A stretch of DNA of 64,000 nucleotides from Diplonema japonicum (GCA_964019335.1 OZ025655.1:248001-312000), one strand, 5' to 3'. Positions 22,733-35,800 are shown, numbered from the stretch's first letter. Notes: a model not told the origin generated them from the sequence alone. Numbers and translations: made by a program.

Positions 22733-25125
22733 TCAATTACTCTTTCTGGCAGACAGTCTCCCAGAGAGAAGCGACCGTGCAGAGAGAGGGCGGGTGCTCA
22801 TACTACTACCGGCATTGCTACTGCAATTTTTTTTTTTTTTTTTTTAAAAAAAACCCGACATACTGTAACTTTCCAACTTTGAGAGATTGGTCTTCTTTCT
22901 CACCTTTTTCCCGGGCTTCTTTTTTATCACGTTTCTTCATTTCTCGCTGTCTGTTGTATTCCTTGTGCCTTTCTTCGTCTCGTCGGCGATCGTCGGCATC
23001 TCGGGGCACCTCGTTAGGCGGAATAAAAAAGTTAGCACTCAAATTAATTGGCTGCGCTTCCGCGGCTTGTATGGTGGCCACGTCCTTGTTGTCCTTCTAG
23101 TGATTATAAATTTATTTAAGGAAAGGGATAGGTATACCCGGATATTATTTGCCTCGTAGGTCGAATCCGTGACAGAGGTACTCGTCGTGATATGCCCCAT
23201 GCCCTGTATCCAGGCAACAATCTCAAGAATCCCCATTTGATCAAAAGCGTACTTCACGCAAATGTCGACCTCTCCCATGGGCTTAGGTGGGATGTTATCT
23301 TTTTTTTTTTTTTTTCTTTTTTTTTTTTTCCCCTTCTCCCACCCTCCCCATACCTATTTTACAAGTCCCCAAGTAAAAGTTATCAGAAGCCTTAGTGGCC
23401 TCACCTTGGTAAACGTTAATCTCCACAGTCCGCTGGTTGTCCTTCGTTGTGTGGTACACGAAAAATTTTTCAAGCCTTGATTTTTTTTTTTTTTTTTTTT
23501 TTTTTTATTCCCCAAACATACTTCTGTGATGATGGAATAGGTGTATTCCTGGGTATCACGACAGAATAGTTGTCCTTTTGCGACTCCACACCGACTGTTT
23601 GAGGCACCACATCGGAGATGAGAGGCAGGGACGGGGGTGGTATCCGACATTCTGTTTCCAGCATGCAAGCCGCCTTAATGACCGCCCCCTCAGCAACGAT
23701 CTCATCCGGAGATACGGTTTTCACAATGAACGCTTTAAACCCTTCAAAAAACTTTTCGATCTCCTGTTGGACCTTGGTCATCTTGGTGGATCCACCGACA
23801 AGTACCACATCGTCAATACTTCCCTTGTGCAGCCCACTGTCCTTCAGGACCTGCCCCATAATTTTCATCGCTTTGCTGATAAGAGGGGAACATAAATTCG
23901 ATAGCTTGGCCCGTGTGAGGGAACCGGTGAAGGTTCTCCCAGCGATTTCCATTTCATAGTGCTGGCACTGTGTACCGGACAGTGCTTCCTTGATCTCTCT
24001 GCAACGCTGGCGGAGCTTTACCTCCTCGACCTCTGTTATCTTTATGAACCGGTCCTTTGCCTTAGGGGCGTCGGGGAACTTCTTTGTCATCTCCTCTCTG
24101 AAGTACCTCAACAGGATGTGGTCGAAATCGTCTCCTCCTAACTGAGTGTCGCCACCGGTCGCCAGGACTTCAAATCGCTTCTTGTCCATGAACATAACTG
24201 TAACGTCAAATGTCCCACCACCTAGATCGAAGACAAGAATATTCTTTTTCTGCCATAAGTTTTCATCAGACTTCACTTCATGAAGACCGCATGCTAATGC
24301 GGCCGCTGTTGGTTCGTTGAGGACCATCAACACCCTCAGCCCTGCTAGCTCGCCAGCTTTTTTTGTCGCCGCTCGTTGTGCGTCGTTGAAATAAGCCGGG
24401 ACTGTGATAACCGCGTCCCTTACATCAGCACGGAGGTGGTCTGTTACGGCAATGTCTTTGATGTGCTCCAAGATGATACCTCCAAGGACCTCTGGTGCTA
24501 CTGTTTTTTGTGTTATTTTATCGCCTTCTCCTTCCGTCCTGCATCCTAGTTCGAACACGCATGTTCCTTTGTCCCCAACGACGTCATAGGTGTACTGGTC
24601 GGCGGCTTCCTGTGCTTCTTCGTTGTAAGGGCGACCGATCCAGCGTTTCGACGAGACTATGGTGTCTTTCGGGTTCATCGGCCATTGTTTCACCGCAGCA
24701 TGCCCGACAAGAACCTCAGAAGGGGTGTAAGCTACAACAGATGGTATCAAGGTAGTTGAGTACTGGAAGGATCGCAGAACTGTTGCTGTTTTGCCGTTCC
24801 ACGCTGCGACGCAGGAATTGGTGGTACCGAGGTCGATGCCTAGGCAGGGGGCGTATTCTCTTGATGGTATTTCTTTACCGAGGCCTAAAGGAGGCAGGGC
24901 AGGGCCTGGACGGAGCGGGCCCCATCGGGATCTTGGTTTGTCATCTTTCTCGTCGTTTCTTACTGCGGGTGTTACTACAAATCCCTTCACTACCGTTTCC
25001 CGTTTTGCGGCGTCTTGCATTTCGTCGTCTTTTTCTACCACGCTTGCTCGCATCCTTCGTGGGAGGAGTGCTTCTTTCTTCTTGAAGCCGTCCCCCGTCG
25101 GCGAGACCGGGCTTCCGTTAGACAT
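22733..25125 (-). CDS. Divergent Hsp70-family protein (5 exons)
   Basis: [42 protein letters not shown]. Introns 23521-23476, 23353-23299, 23137-23097 and 22863-22821 restore substrate-binding-domain sequence ([17 protein letters not shown]; [24 protein letters not shown]). Confidence 0.85.
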
Positions 25126-25575
25126 TTGTTACTTTTTTTTTTTTTTCTTTCTTCTTTTTTTATATATACTTCCTCCCTCCCTCCCTCCCTCCCCTCCCCC
25201 TCTGTAAAGTACGTTATTTTTCATTGTCAACAAAAAAAAAAAAGGGAAAAACGAGTAATACTAAACAATGGTTGAGAAGGAGGGCAGTACCATTTTTCAA
25301 GGTTTTCTCTTTTTTTTTTTTTTTTTTCCCCCTCTTTTTCCCTCCGTGAAGTGAGGGGGATTTTATTTTGTTGTTAAATCTTTGGGAAAGGGGTATAGTT
25401 AGAGAATCATAAAAAAAAAAAAAAAAGATTCGTGTTAAAAAAAAAAAAAATAAACAACTAACAATACGACACTTTAAATGAAGTATATTCTATAATTTAA
25501 TTTTGAAAGCGAAGGGTGTGTGTACATCTCTTGGTTTTCTTTTTTTTTCCATTAATGTTCCCTTCCTTTTATTTC

Positions 25576-28500
25576 TTATGGCTTCAGTGATGCACGTGCC
25601 TAAAGCGTTTTTTTCCCCCCCCTTCTTTTTTTCCATCAATACCTTGTCAAGAATGTCTTTACGAATCTTCGGATACTGGGGATGGTTGGAAAGAACCTTC
25701 TGAGTAATATCGATGGCATTGACGAACCTCTTCGCCTTCAAATAGTTGAAAGCCAGCTTGTAACCTATTCCAGGATCGCTTTCGTTAACTAGGCGCCAAG
25801 CGTTCTGTCAAGGAGAAGTTTTTCTTCTTTTTTTTTTCTTTTTTTTTTTCCCTCACACACCTCATAACAATCGGCCGCATCCCTATAAGATTGCTCTTTT
25901 TCGTACACAACCCCCATGTACTCCCAAGCTCGGCAGCAGGACTTATTCGCTTGAAGACATTTCCGGAGAAGATCCTTTTTTTTTTTTTTTTTTTTTTAAA
26001 TATTTCTTTTTTTCTTCTCCTTTTTTTCTCAAACCTGTGCCAAATCGTACTTTCCGCCTGCAATGTGTATATCTGCTAGCAGAAGCCATGCTCTTTCGAA
26101 CTCTTCAGCCTTTTTTTTAAAAGTTCTTTTTAAAAAAAAAAACTTATTTGCATTATACGCGTAAGATACCTCATCTTGGTTATAAGGAGCCTTGACCACT
26201 CTTTTCAAGTGCGTCCTTGCCTTCGGGGTTTGATTCATAACCTGCAAGGCCGTCGCCATAGCCACGATACAAGGCACGTTGATCTTGTCGTTAGGGAACT
26301 GTTGCTGGCCCTGAAGATGGAAGATTGGTGATATTGAACATTGGTGCATACCCCCTCTCCTCCCTGTCCCATCATCACCTCGTGGAGTGTTTGGAATGCG
26401 ATGTCTAGGTCGTCCTTTCGTCTTTTCGCTATTCTAATGTATGCCTCGAGGATCCTTCTCTTTTCGACGTCGTGGACGTCCTTCAGCAGTTTCAGCGCCC
26501 ACCCTATGTTCTCCGACAGGTCAGGACGTTCCTGTTCACCCTCACTATCAGCTGTCCAATTGCTCTCGCTGTCAGGGTTTAGATAAATTTCTATCATATT
26601 ACACGTGCATTTCTCAGACCAAGGACTGTCTTTCGGATGTCTTCCCTTCTGGAATTCTCGCAGGGCCTCCCTCGGGTTGCAGGTGTAGCGGTAGTACAAA
26701 CCCTTTGCATAGTGCAAGCCCTGCTCGTGGCGTTTTGTGGTGGGCTCGGCGGCTTGAAGGAACTTCGGGGCGTCGAAGAGCCTGCCTGCTCTTCTCAGGA
26801 GCTGGATGAACATGACGAGTGCGTCGTAGTTGTTGGGCTTCTTCTCGAGCAACTGTTGGAAGTGGTAGGTCGCATCGTCGTATTTGTTCTTCCTGCACAT
26901 CAGGTCTGCGAGCATCATGCTGGCCTCTTCGTTCGTGGGGTCTACTCGCAGTAGAGAATGCGCTTGATGCTCGCATCCCTCCAGTTCACCTTTGTCCCTG
27001 TACAACTTCGCCAATGCCAGCATCGACCTTGCATGTGTCTCGTCCTGCTTTAAGGCTTCGTTGTGAAACGTCACCGCCTTGTCGGGCATCTTTTGCTTTC
27101 TGTAGTACTCGCCCAGCTCTACGCATATGTTTGCCCCAATGATCTTTTGCTGGCGTACGAGATCTGGCTGTTCTCCGCGCACCTTTGCGATCACTGTCGT
27201 CTGGAACACCCTCGCTTGTATCAGCGCCTCAGATGTTTTCTTCTGGTCCCCGCTGCTCTTGTACACCTTCGCCAGTAGAAGCATCGTCCTCACGTCATCA
27301 ATAATCGACTGCAGATCCTCGCTTGAGTTGCTTTTCTCTTTCTTCTGCAAGCTGTTCTGCAACTCTTCTTCCGCATCGGCGTATTGACCTAGCCTCCAGT
27401 ACAGGTTGGCCAGATCATGTCTCAACCCCAGCTTGTTAGGTTCTGCCTTCACTGCATTCTTGTAATACTGGATGGCCTTCTGGTAGTCGTGTGTGGTGAC
27501 GAAGGCCATGCCTATCTTGCTTGCCATCTCCGCATCGTTAGGGTCCATGGCTCTTGCCTTTTCAAAGGCCTCGATGGCCTTCTCGGGTTCTTGAATAGAC
27601 ATGTAAGCCTCACCAAGGAACACATATGACCCCACTGTGGGGAAGGCCTCGACCAGCTCCTCGTAGCACTTGGCGAAGGCTCTCTTGTTGTTCCTCACAT
27701 TCAAATAGATGTTCGCCATGTAAGCCTTGGCCTTCAGGAAGTATGGGCTGTCCATTGTGACCGACCTCAGCATGGAAAGCCCCTTCTCGACGTCCTTCTT
27801 GCTTATGATCATTGCCTGTGCAATGACCACACGCCCCTCCTCAGGAGTGCCCCTGAAGAGCACGTGAGCGTCGGAGATGGTGATTTCTGCCGTTGCCTGA
27901 TTCTTCAGCTTCAGCTGCACCTGTGCAAGTTCCAAGTAGATAGCCACGTGGTCCTGAACGTTGAGCGGGCGGTACCTCTTTCCCTGCACAATGTGCTTCG
28001 TCAGTGCCAGGGCGTGCTCCAAGTCCTTCAAACCCTCGTCATACTTCCCCACCGCCACCGCTACCCTTGCCTTCAACAGATTGTACTGCGGCCAGTCCCT
28101 CACCTCGAACTCCGTGGTGCTCTGCTCTAATGCCTGCTGAGCCTGTGAAAAGTTCTCTTGATGAAAGGCGATCTGAGCCGCTAGAAGGTGCGCTTCAGCA
28201 AAGGCTGGATCCGCCCTTATACACGAGTTGATAGAGTACTGCGCCTTCTCAAGGTCGTTCTGAATGAAGTCAATCCTTGCAAGCAACAGCTGCCCTTCGA
28301 GCGACCCCTTTATATGTTTAACAAGCAACTCCAACGGCTTCCTAGCCTTAGTAGCAACCTGTGAGGGGGGGTCCGTGGAGGATAGCGGTTCCGTAGGGCA
28401 GTGCTGTTGGTACTCCCTGATGATCGCAAGTAGGAGCTGCGGATTGAAGGCTTCAAAGAATTCATAGCTCGGAACACCAGTGCAGCTCTTGGAATGTATG

Positions 28501-29798
28501 CTTACAGCCTCGTCCAGGGAGGCTATGCTCCCTTGTTGGTCTTTGTGCTTTCTCCACTTCATGACAGCAACTAAATAACACAGCTCAGCAGGCCTCTCGA
28601 TCTGCATCCTGTTCAAGAACTCCAGCTGCAGCTCAGCCTCCTCGAGCTTCCCCAACATGAGCTGCGATCTGATGATGCCGTGCAGCGCACCAAGGTTGCC
28701 GTCGTCAACCTCCAGCGCTTGCTTGTACGTCTCGAGGGCTTTCACCCACTCACCCGCGAGGGAGAGCTGGTAGGCTTTCTCCGAGATGTACTCGGCATTC
28801 TTGGGCTGCAGGTCGCTTGCTTTGCTGACCATGAGCTGCGTGTGCTGCAAAATGGACATCGCACCGCCTGACAGCCGCGAAAGCGTCTTGCTGATATACA
28901 CGTACAGCCGGTGGGTTCTGGGCTCTGTGGTCTCGAGAGCCTTGTGAAGCTCACGGATGTTCGTCGCGCTGACGGAATGCTTGCACTCTTCAACGAGGAG
29001 GTAGAGGTTGATGAGCATCAGGCCCTGCACGTTGCTAGGGTCTTTGTTGAGTATCCGCTGCACTGTGTCGGCGGCCTGGTCCCACTGGCCCCGCTTGATA
29101 AGTATCTTTGCCTTTTCGATCTGGATGGGGTTCAGGATCTCTGCTGTCTTTGAACAAGACGCGATGAGCTCGTTGAGGATGTGCACGGAGGCGGAGTAGT
29201 TCTTCTTCTGGTCGAGAAAGGCCGCTTTTCCAAGCAGGGCGTCGACATGGTTGGCGACGCCGCCTTGAGACTCGTCAACGGCTTTGTCGAAGTTGGTGAT
29301 GCTTTTTTCGACGAAGGCAGACCTGCGTGAAGTGAGGTTGATCCAGCCGAGGAGGGAGAGGTGGTTGATGAAGTCGTCTGGGCCTGAAGCCTTCTGGCAG
29401 TACTCGCGGGACTTGACATGGTCGCCGAGAAGCCAGTGGAACGCAGAAAGCTGCAGCCAAGCTCCTGGAATGGCGGACTTCTCTTCAACCATGAGTCGGG
29501 TCTCCAGCTCGTCAATCGCTCCTTGGTCTATCTGTCGTTGGGACTGCAAGGAGTGGATGTGCGCTGCAATGACTGCAATCTGAATCTCTCGTCTTCCGTC
29601 TGCCGCAGCATAGTCCCGTACCGCTTCAGTATGGTTGTCTTGCAAGGCCAGCGCAAAACCTCGCCAGAACCTAAAGACAGGGTGCTCACCAACCTGCTGC
29701 AGCACCTCTTGTGCGGTATCCTGCATGTGCCGTACTAAGCCTTCCCTCCCATAGTACAGGATCAGGTCCATGGCGCCTCTCTCAGTTAGCTTCTCCAT
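25576..29798 (-). CDS. IFT139: Intraflagellar transport protein IFT139 / TTC21B (TPR repeats), 6 exons, ~1320 aa
   Basis: TPR protein. Splicing 26351-26311, 26169-26110, 26034-25975, 25860-25805 and 25642-25600 yields the family C-terminus [36 protein letters not shown]. Confidence 0.92.
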
Positions 29799-30135
29799 CG
29801 TGGCGCCCTCCCTCCCCCCTCCCTGGAAGAAGTGCCTATCACAGAATATTCGATTGCTACAATCAAGGACAAAATAATTGAGGGAAGAATATAGAAAAGA
29901 AGAAGGGGAGCAAAAAAAAAAAAAAAGAACCCCTCTTAAAAAAAAGTTTTAAGGGAAAGGAGCGCTTTTTCTTTTTTTTTTCCGACGCCCCTCCCCCCCC
30001 CCCCCCCCCCCTTCCTTCCCCTTCTTTTATTTTCCCGGTAATAATATTTATACTACTATCGCCAAAATACAGAGAGAAAAAGAACGAGAAAAAAAAAAAG
30101 CATGCAAGATAAATAACTTCCCTATCAGCACACTC

Positions 30136-31844
30136 TCAACGTTGCTCTTTCCTCTGCTTCAGCACTACCATCCAGTCTACCATCTCCTCCTCGGACGTGG
30201 CCTTGAATCTTATATGCCTAAAGGAGAACAGAAAATTGAGATGTGTTGTTTCTTCTTTTTAAAAACCATACTTCTCAGACTGGCCTAGGAATCCTGCAGT
30301 GACGCCATGGAGAAGGAACGTTTCAGGATTCTGTGTTTTTTTCTTTCCCCTTCTCTGTTCCCCCAAAAAAAAAAAAAAACACAAACCTCGGGACAAGGGC
30401 TAATGTCGCAGTTTGACAGGCTGAGAGACACGGCAATGTTGAGAGGCTTGCCTTCTTGCGGGACTTGAGCAAGATAAAGCCATCTATCGGCTGTGGCAAT
30501 GGCATAGTTTGATTTCCACCCGACCATCGACTTTGTTTGTAAAGACCCATGCTTCAAAACAAGAGGAGAAGCGAGAAGATCGATAACCGGGATGGATACC
30601 CTTTCAGGGATCTTAGTAATGTCACGGGTTACTGGGTCTTCGCCTACCCATGCAGAACCACCGCCGAAACCCTTCAGCATCCTTGTGAGACTGTGCCCTG
30701 CTGTGGTCACCATGTCGACAACCTGCACCTCAAGGTCCTGCAGCTCTTTGAGGTGGTCTATCAACGTTTCGATGTATTCTTTGAAAAGTTTCGAGAACTT
30801 CTCGTCTAGCGCGCAGTACTCCTTCTCAACGAGCCACAGGTCCCGGTCCTCACCGAAGTGCACTGTTGATTGCTCAAAGCTCTTTATGTACTTTCCGTAG
30901 CAGGCTTTTACCTCATCTCCTGCTTTATCCAGCTTCTTAAGTATCTTTTTCTCCGATGCTTGTATCGCAGTACATTGCGTCTCCACCACGTTCACCAGTG
31001 CCTGCAAGGATTTAAGTGTGTCGTTAGATGACAGATTGTTCATGTCGTGCAGATGTGTTGCAGCGTTGCAGGTGAAGGTATTCAGAGACGCGTGCAGTGC
31101 GACAATCGGGTTTGTGTTCGCCGTCGGTGGAAGATCCATGCCGTGGATCTTCTTCAAACATTTAGAAAGGTTCTGCTGGTGCTCCGATATCTGCGTGATG
31201 CTCTCCGCAAGCGCCTGGAGCACCTTGCTGTTGCTGTCGAGCTCCTTGTAGTGTCCCACCACAATCGATTTTATCGACGTGCCAGCCGCCACTTCCTTGT
31301 GGTACGCTTCCTCACGAACAGCTTCATGCTTTTTAATCCGTGCCATTGCCGAGCACTTTGAAGCATGCTGCTCTTTAGCCTTCGACTTTTCGGTTGAGTG
31401 CTCAGATTTGACCTTTGCTGTGCGCCTCCACAACCGGGTTCTGATGCAGTCCGTCGCGCTTTGTACGGCGGTGAGCTTGCCTGTGAACGTTGAGCCGAAG
31501 GACCACCCATTCTCGTCTGCCTTGTCGTGCCTTACGATTAACCAGTCGCTGTCTTTCCATTCACACTGTTCAGGGGTGTGACCCCACACTTCAGGGAGCG
31601 GCCACATTTCTTTTTTCCGCGTATATCTCCCGCACTCCGATGACCACCTGTGCCTGTCCGTTGGCAACATTTTCGTGGTCCAGCCAGCACCAGGGTACCA
31701 CCTCTGGTTCTCACACGACATCGCGTCCGCAACCAGCTCCTTGGTGTCGGGGTCCACCCTGTGACGCACTGCCGCCCACTGCCCTTCCGCCTCCGTCATT
31801 TTGCTGTGTATCCTGGAGATGTGAGTCTTCAAAGAGGACATCAT
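30136..31844 (-). CDS. DysF (dysferlin/Pex24-like) domain + helical BAR-like region + PH domain protein
   Basis: ENQRWYPGAGW..LPTDR..WS, DENGWSFG and IRTRLWRR are DysF motifs. Introns 30386-30331 and 30271-30218 complete the PH domain (IRFKATSEEEMVDWMVVL). Start may be ATG 31799. Confidence 0.75.
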
Positions 31845-31863
31845 AATTGATGTGGTTGAAATG

Positions 31864-32493
31864 TCACCTTTTAAAACCTTTCAGCGTTGTGAGATGCGAG
31901 ATGGCTGCCGCGAGGCTGGAGAGGCTGGACAGCATGCGGGGCTGCGTGCGTTGGACGAGCTGCTCCTGCCGTGTGGCGGTGAGGGTGGCTTCAACCACCC
32001 AGTGGTCAGATACGATGGGTTTAGCAGTACCAAGATCGTGCGTTTCAGGGTTCAAGGAGAAGAGCTGGAAGACAAACACCTTGACACGTCCTTCCTGAGT
32101 TGTCGTGAAGCCTTTTTTGAGGTGCGCTGCTTTTTGGAAGAAGCCACCGACATGACGCAAGAAGGAACCAACAAGTCTTGGGTCGCCTTCCTTGTACGAA
32201 ACACCTCCAGCAAAGGCAGGCAGCGCAGGCAACCGTGTCTCAGCAACAGTTCTAACACTCGCTTCGTGCACCTCCACGTTGCGCTGCCCCAAGTGCATCA
32301 AGGACCATTCCCCGCCCACCCCACCCTCCCCTCCCCTCCGCATCCTTATTTCCTGACCTTTTCTGTTCGCGTGCAGCACCTCATGCACCGTCTCCTCCTT
32401 CCTGTCATAGCCCCCTATGCCTTCTAGCAACCCGAGAAGCTCTTCAACCTTCCCTTCGGGGATGGTGCCCACTGCGGTAATCTCCGTCGTCAT
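31864..32493 (-). CDS. MED18: Mediator head subunit Med18-like
   Basis: 209 aa. Ordered pattern E.tavG.I..LL.LL.G..HEV..IRMRR..WSL.HLG..VR..FL..G..KG..VKV.V..WVVE fits the Med18/Srb5 layout. Confidence 0.65.
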   Translation of the reverse strand: MTTEITAVGTIPEGKVEELLGLLEGIGGYDRKEETVHEVLHANRKGQEIRMRRGGEGGVGGEWSLMHLGQRNVEVHEASVRTVAETRLPALPAFAGGVSYKEGDPRLVGSFLRHVGGFFQKAAHLKKGFTTTQEGRVKVFVFQLFSLNPETHDLGTAKPIVSDHWVVEATLTATRQEQLVQRTQPRMLSSLSSLAAAISHLTTLKGFKR

Positions 32494-32630
32494 GTCACAC
32501 CCCCCTTATTATTTTTGAATCCGAGTATCTCATCGCCTACTATGGCGAGAGAGGGTTACAAGCTATGAAAGAATATAATATCATAAGAAACACTCCCCCC
32601 CCCCCCCCCCCCCCCCACCGTGTTTCACAC

Positions 32631-33194
32631 TTATTCAAGCTGGGTTGCGGTACCCTTTCCTGGGAAGAAGGAGAGGTTGTAGGCGTGCTGTCCTTGTGGA
32701 CGGAGGTAGTGCACTGGCTGGTCACGCTCGGCTCGGTGCTTGATCATGGTAGGGAATTTCGGTCGGCCTGCACCTTCCGCGGGAGGTACAAATCTGTGAG
32801 CGGGAGTGTCCCGGACAGGGGGCTGGAGGAGATTCGCTACGTTGGTGTGCCCGTACCTGTCGGCAAGCATGGCCTCCTCTTCGAGGAGGATGAGGGTGCG
32901 GTGGTTCACAACCTCCGCAAGACGGCTCCTCATGAAGCCCACCCACTCAGCGTTATAGAGATGTTTGTTTTGTTGCATCACACCCTTGTTGTACCCGCCC
33001 ATGTCACGGACCCTTCTCCTCCACCTGAACAGCCCTCTGCCTTGCTGATTGATCTGCTTCGTCACTGTTGCAATCTGTATCCCAGGTAAATTGTTCTCCC
33101 CCACCTTCTTGTTAAACATCGGCAAGTTGTACTTACTGAACTGGTACGGGACCGAACTCCCTGGCACTCGCCATGCCGCGTTCCGTGCTGTCAT
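32631..33194 (-). CDS. Basic 187-aa protein, possibly a mitochondrial ribosomal protein (bS21m-like)
   Basis: Clean ORF from ATG 33194; Arg-rich core LFRWRRRVRDMG..HLYNAEW..MRSR. The product call is tentative. Confidence 0.45.
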   Translation of the reverse strand: MTARNAAWRVPGSSVPYQFSKYNLPMFNKKVGENNLPGIQIATVTKQINQQGRGLFRWRRRVRDMGGYNKGVMQQNKHLYNAEWVGFMRSRLAEVVNHRTLILLEEEAMLADRYGHTNVANLLQPPVRDTPAHRFVPPAEGAGRPKFPTMIKHRAERDQPVHYLRPQGQHAYNLSFFPGKGTATQLE

Positions 33195-33717
33195 CTTTTT
33201 CTTTTTTGCTCTTTTTTGTTGGATCTCCTTTTTTCTTTTTTTCACCCCCCAAGAAACTCAGCGTTTTTCTTCTTACCCCCCTTTTGTTAGCAACAGAAAA
33301 CCTTAAAATAGAAGAAAGAAGAGAAACAGAAAGAAATCTTGGGGAAGACGGGGAAGAAAAAAAAGAAGGGGAAGGGGAACTAAAGCTTAGAAAAGCTTTC
33401 TCTCTCCCTCCCCTCGTTGTAGGAGGAAAAGAAGTGAAATGGTGACGGGGATGAATAGGAAAAGCGTGAACAGCAACGAACCCTCCCACAAAAAGAAGAG
33501 AAAAGAAAAACGTAAAAGGAGGCCAGTGTTGGCGGCGCCCTGCACAAGAACTGTCTACATGATTACAAGGGGCGCACCGCGGCTGAGTTATAGTATACTT
33601 CTTCTGCGTTCCGCACCGTGTCCTTAATACACGATGAGGTCAACAGCGAACAACACATCTGATGTTTTCTTTTATATTTTCATGCCATCCCCACCACCTG
33701 AAAAAAAACATCAACGA

Positions 33718-35800
33718 TCACAGTGTGTCTGAAGACACTTCATCCGAAACAGGGTCAGTTACCACGTAGCTATTGATCCGGCTGGGTTCGTCCTGTTTTT
33801 TCTTCTTCTTTTCCTAACAATAAAAATACCAAAGCTGTTCTGGATGGTACAAGGAAGGACGGGGAAGAGCGGCTACTGCGATATATTCATTATATTTTTC
33901 TTTCTTTCCCCCCTCCATACACGAGATTATCAATGTTATTCTTCGCTTCGTGTATCCTAGACTTTCTGAGGTGCATGGAATGGTGGTCATTCCCAAAGGT
34001 TGCATTGATAGCATTGATCCGCCTCTCAACCTCCAGAATAATAGCTTTTTCAAATTCGGAACTAGGGAACATCTTGAAGATGATGAGAAAGTCCTCCTTG
34101 GTGAGCATGAAGAGGTCGCATACGGTGACGGTTCGGACTCCGGCGGTGCGTTTTGTTTCTTTTAAGATGGCGATCTCGCCGAACCAAGATCCTTCTTTCA
34201 ACAGAACAAGCTGTTTTTCGCGGCCTTTGTTCCCAACAGGCACCACGACCTCAACAGCACCTGACGATATGAAAAACATCTCCTTCCCCGTCTCACCGAT
34301 TTGAATAACATTTGTGTTTGGTTCCAACACAACACGTGTTAATCGTTCAGCCAACGCCAACATGATAAAGCCTTCTGCTTTTTTAAACATAGGGACCTGC
34401 CGCAGAAGCTTCAACCGGATCTGCGTCCCAAGCGTGGATTGCATATACGGTGGAAAGAGGTCTAAAACCTCGTTGATATTCTGCGTGGCGGAATCGCCTA
34501 TAATGAAAGGGTAGAAGCAGAACACCTCCTTCTGAACGGACACCGGAAGTTGAAACCTGTTGACGAGAGACAGAAGAACAGACCGAAGATGCTTCTGCTT
34601 CTGCTCCACGTGGTCTTGCGACGTGAAAAATATCGTAATGTTAGACAGGAACCACGCGTAGAACACACTGCCAACAGCCATGAATGCTGTTGCGAATGCC
34701 CGACTATTGGAACCGTTTGTCTCAAGCTCTCCATATCCTACTGACGTGGTAGTCTGCACGGCCCAGTACAACGACGCAACGTAATCATTCATGTCGGTGT
34801 TCTCATCATTAATAATCATCCTCAGACAGGCTGCAGAATGGTGCATCAACGCAACCCACACGATTGACATGAAAAGCCGCTTGCGTTTTCCATGTAAAGG
34901 ATTGCTTGTTTTGAACAAAGTGGTAGCCCTGAACAGTTTAACAGCCCGCCCCAACGAGAGTATCCTGAACAGAATCACCGATTCAAACAGGAGCAACAAG
35001 TCAAGCGGGATGGCCATCGCAACGTCAAAAACCATCCAATCTTTTTTGTAATGCAAGCGAACCCTCACTGCGTCGGAGTCGACAAGTTCCATTCCTATCA
35101 ACCTTGCGAGGTTTAAGTGCAGGTAGATGAACACGATGGAAACAGAAGTGGAGAACGTGTACAGAACGATTTCAAACAGGCTCGGTTCCCTTTCAAACGA
35201 GAATATCGCGGCTGCGTACGTTGCGAACAGCACCTCGAGAAGGGTTGAGACCAAGTACAAGACCTCAATCGTCGTTGCAAAGCCAAGCTCCGGCAAGAAC
35301 AAGGCGGAACCGGTTTCTGGGACCCATTTCTGGATATTCACATGTTGCAACCGTTCCAGCTTCTCAGAAGTAACTTCGCTCGACGTTGTACTTGAGCTGT
35401 CTGATACATTCTCTCGTCGTTGTAGCTTTTGGGGCAGCTTGAAGCTGTGAAGCCCTTGTACTTCGCATCCCAATCTCAAAGAGTCTGCTAAGGAAAAACT
35501 ACTGCTTGCGAGTCTGTCCAAGCTTCGTTGTGAGTCGTCCGATGTGAGGTCGTCGCTGGGCTGCTCGCAAGCCTTTGGTTTATGTTTTTTCATTAATTGT
35601 CCCACTTTAGATCTTAGAGACATTTTAGGATTTCTGGACCGCCTCCACCTCGAACCAGTGTCCCAGCTGCCGTCTTCCATGCTGGACCTGGCACTGCTCG
35701 GGGCATTCTTGGGGATCAGCCGTTTGAGAAACGCTCCCACCCGATCAAACTGTGGTTCCACCCACTTCATGTACTCCTCCACCTCGTTGATTTCATTCAT
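33718..35800 (-). CDS. Six-TM K+ channel with cyclic-nucleotide-binding domain
   Basis: Pore YWAVQTTTSVGYGE; CNBD GKEMFFISSG..FGEIAIL..RTAGVRT. Introns 33920-33876 and 33829-33793 give an in-frame tail (3' structure less certain). Confidence 0.88.

Noticed and set aside
23458-23521. Possible non-canonical acceptor in Hsp70 intron 1 (it would remove a 4-aa insertion relative to typical Hsp70 spacing)
   Set aside because: A canonical GTATGT..AAG intron keeps the frame; no evidence beyond alignment neatness.
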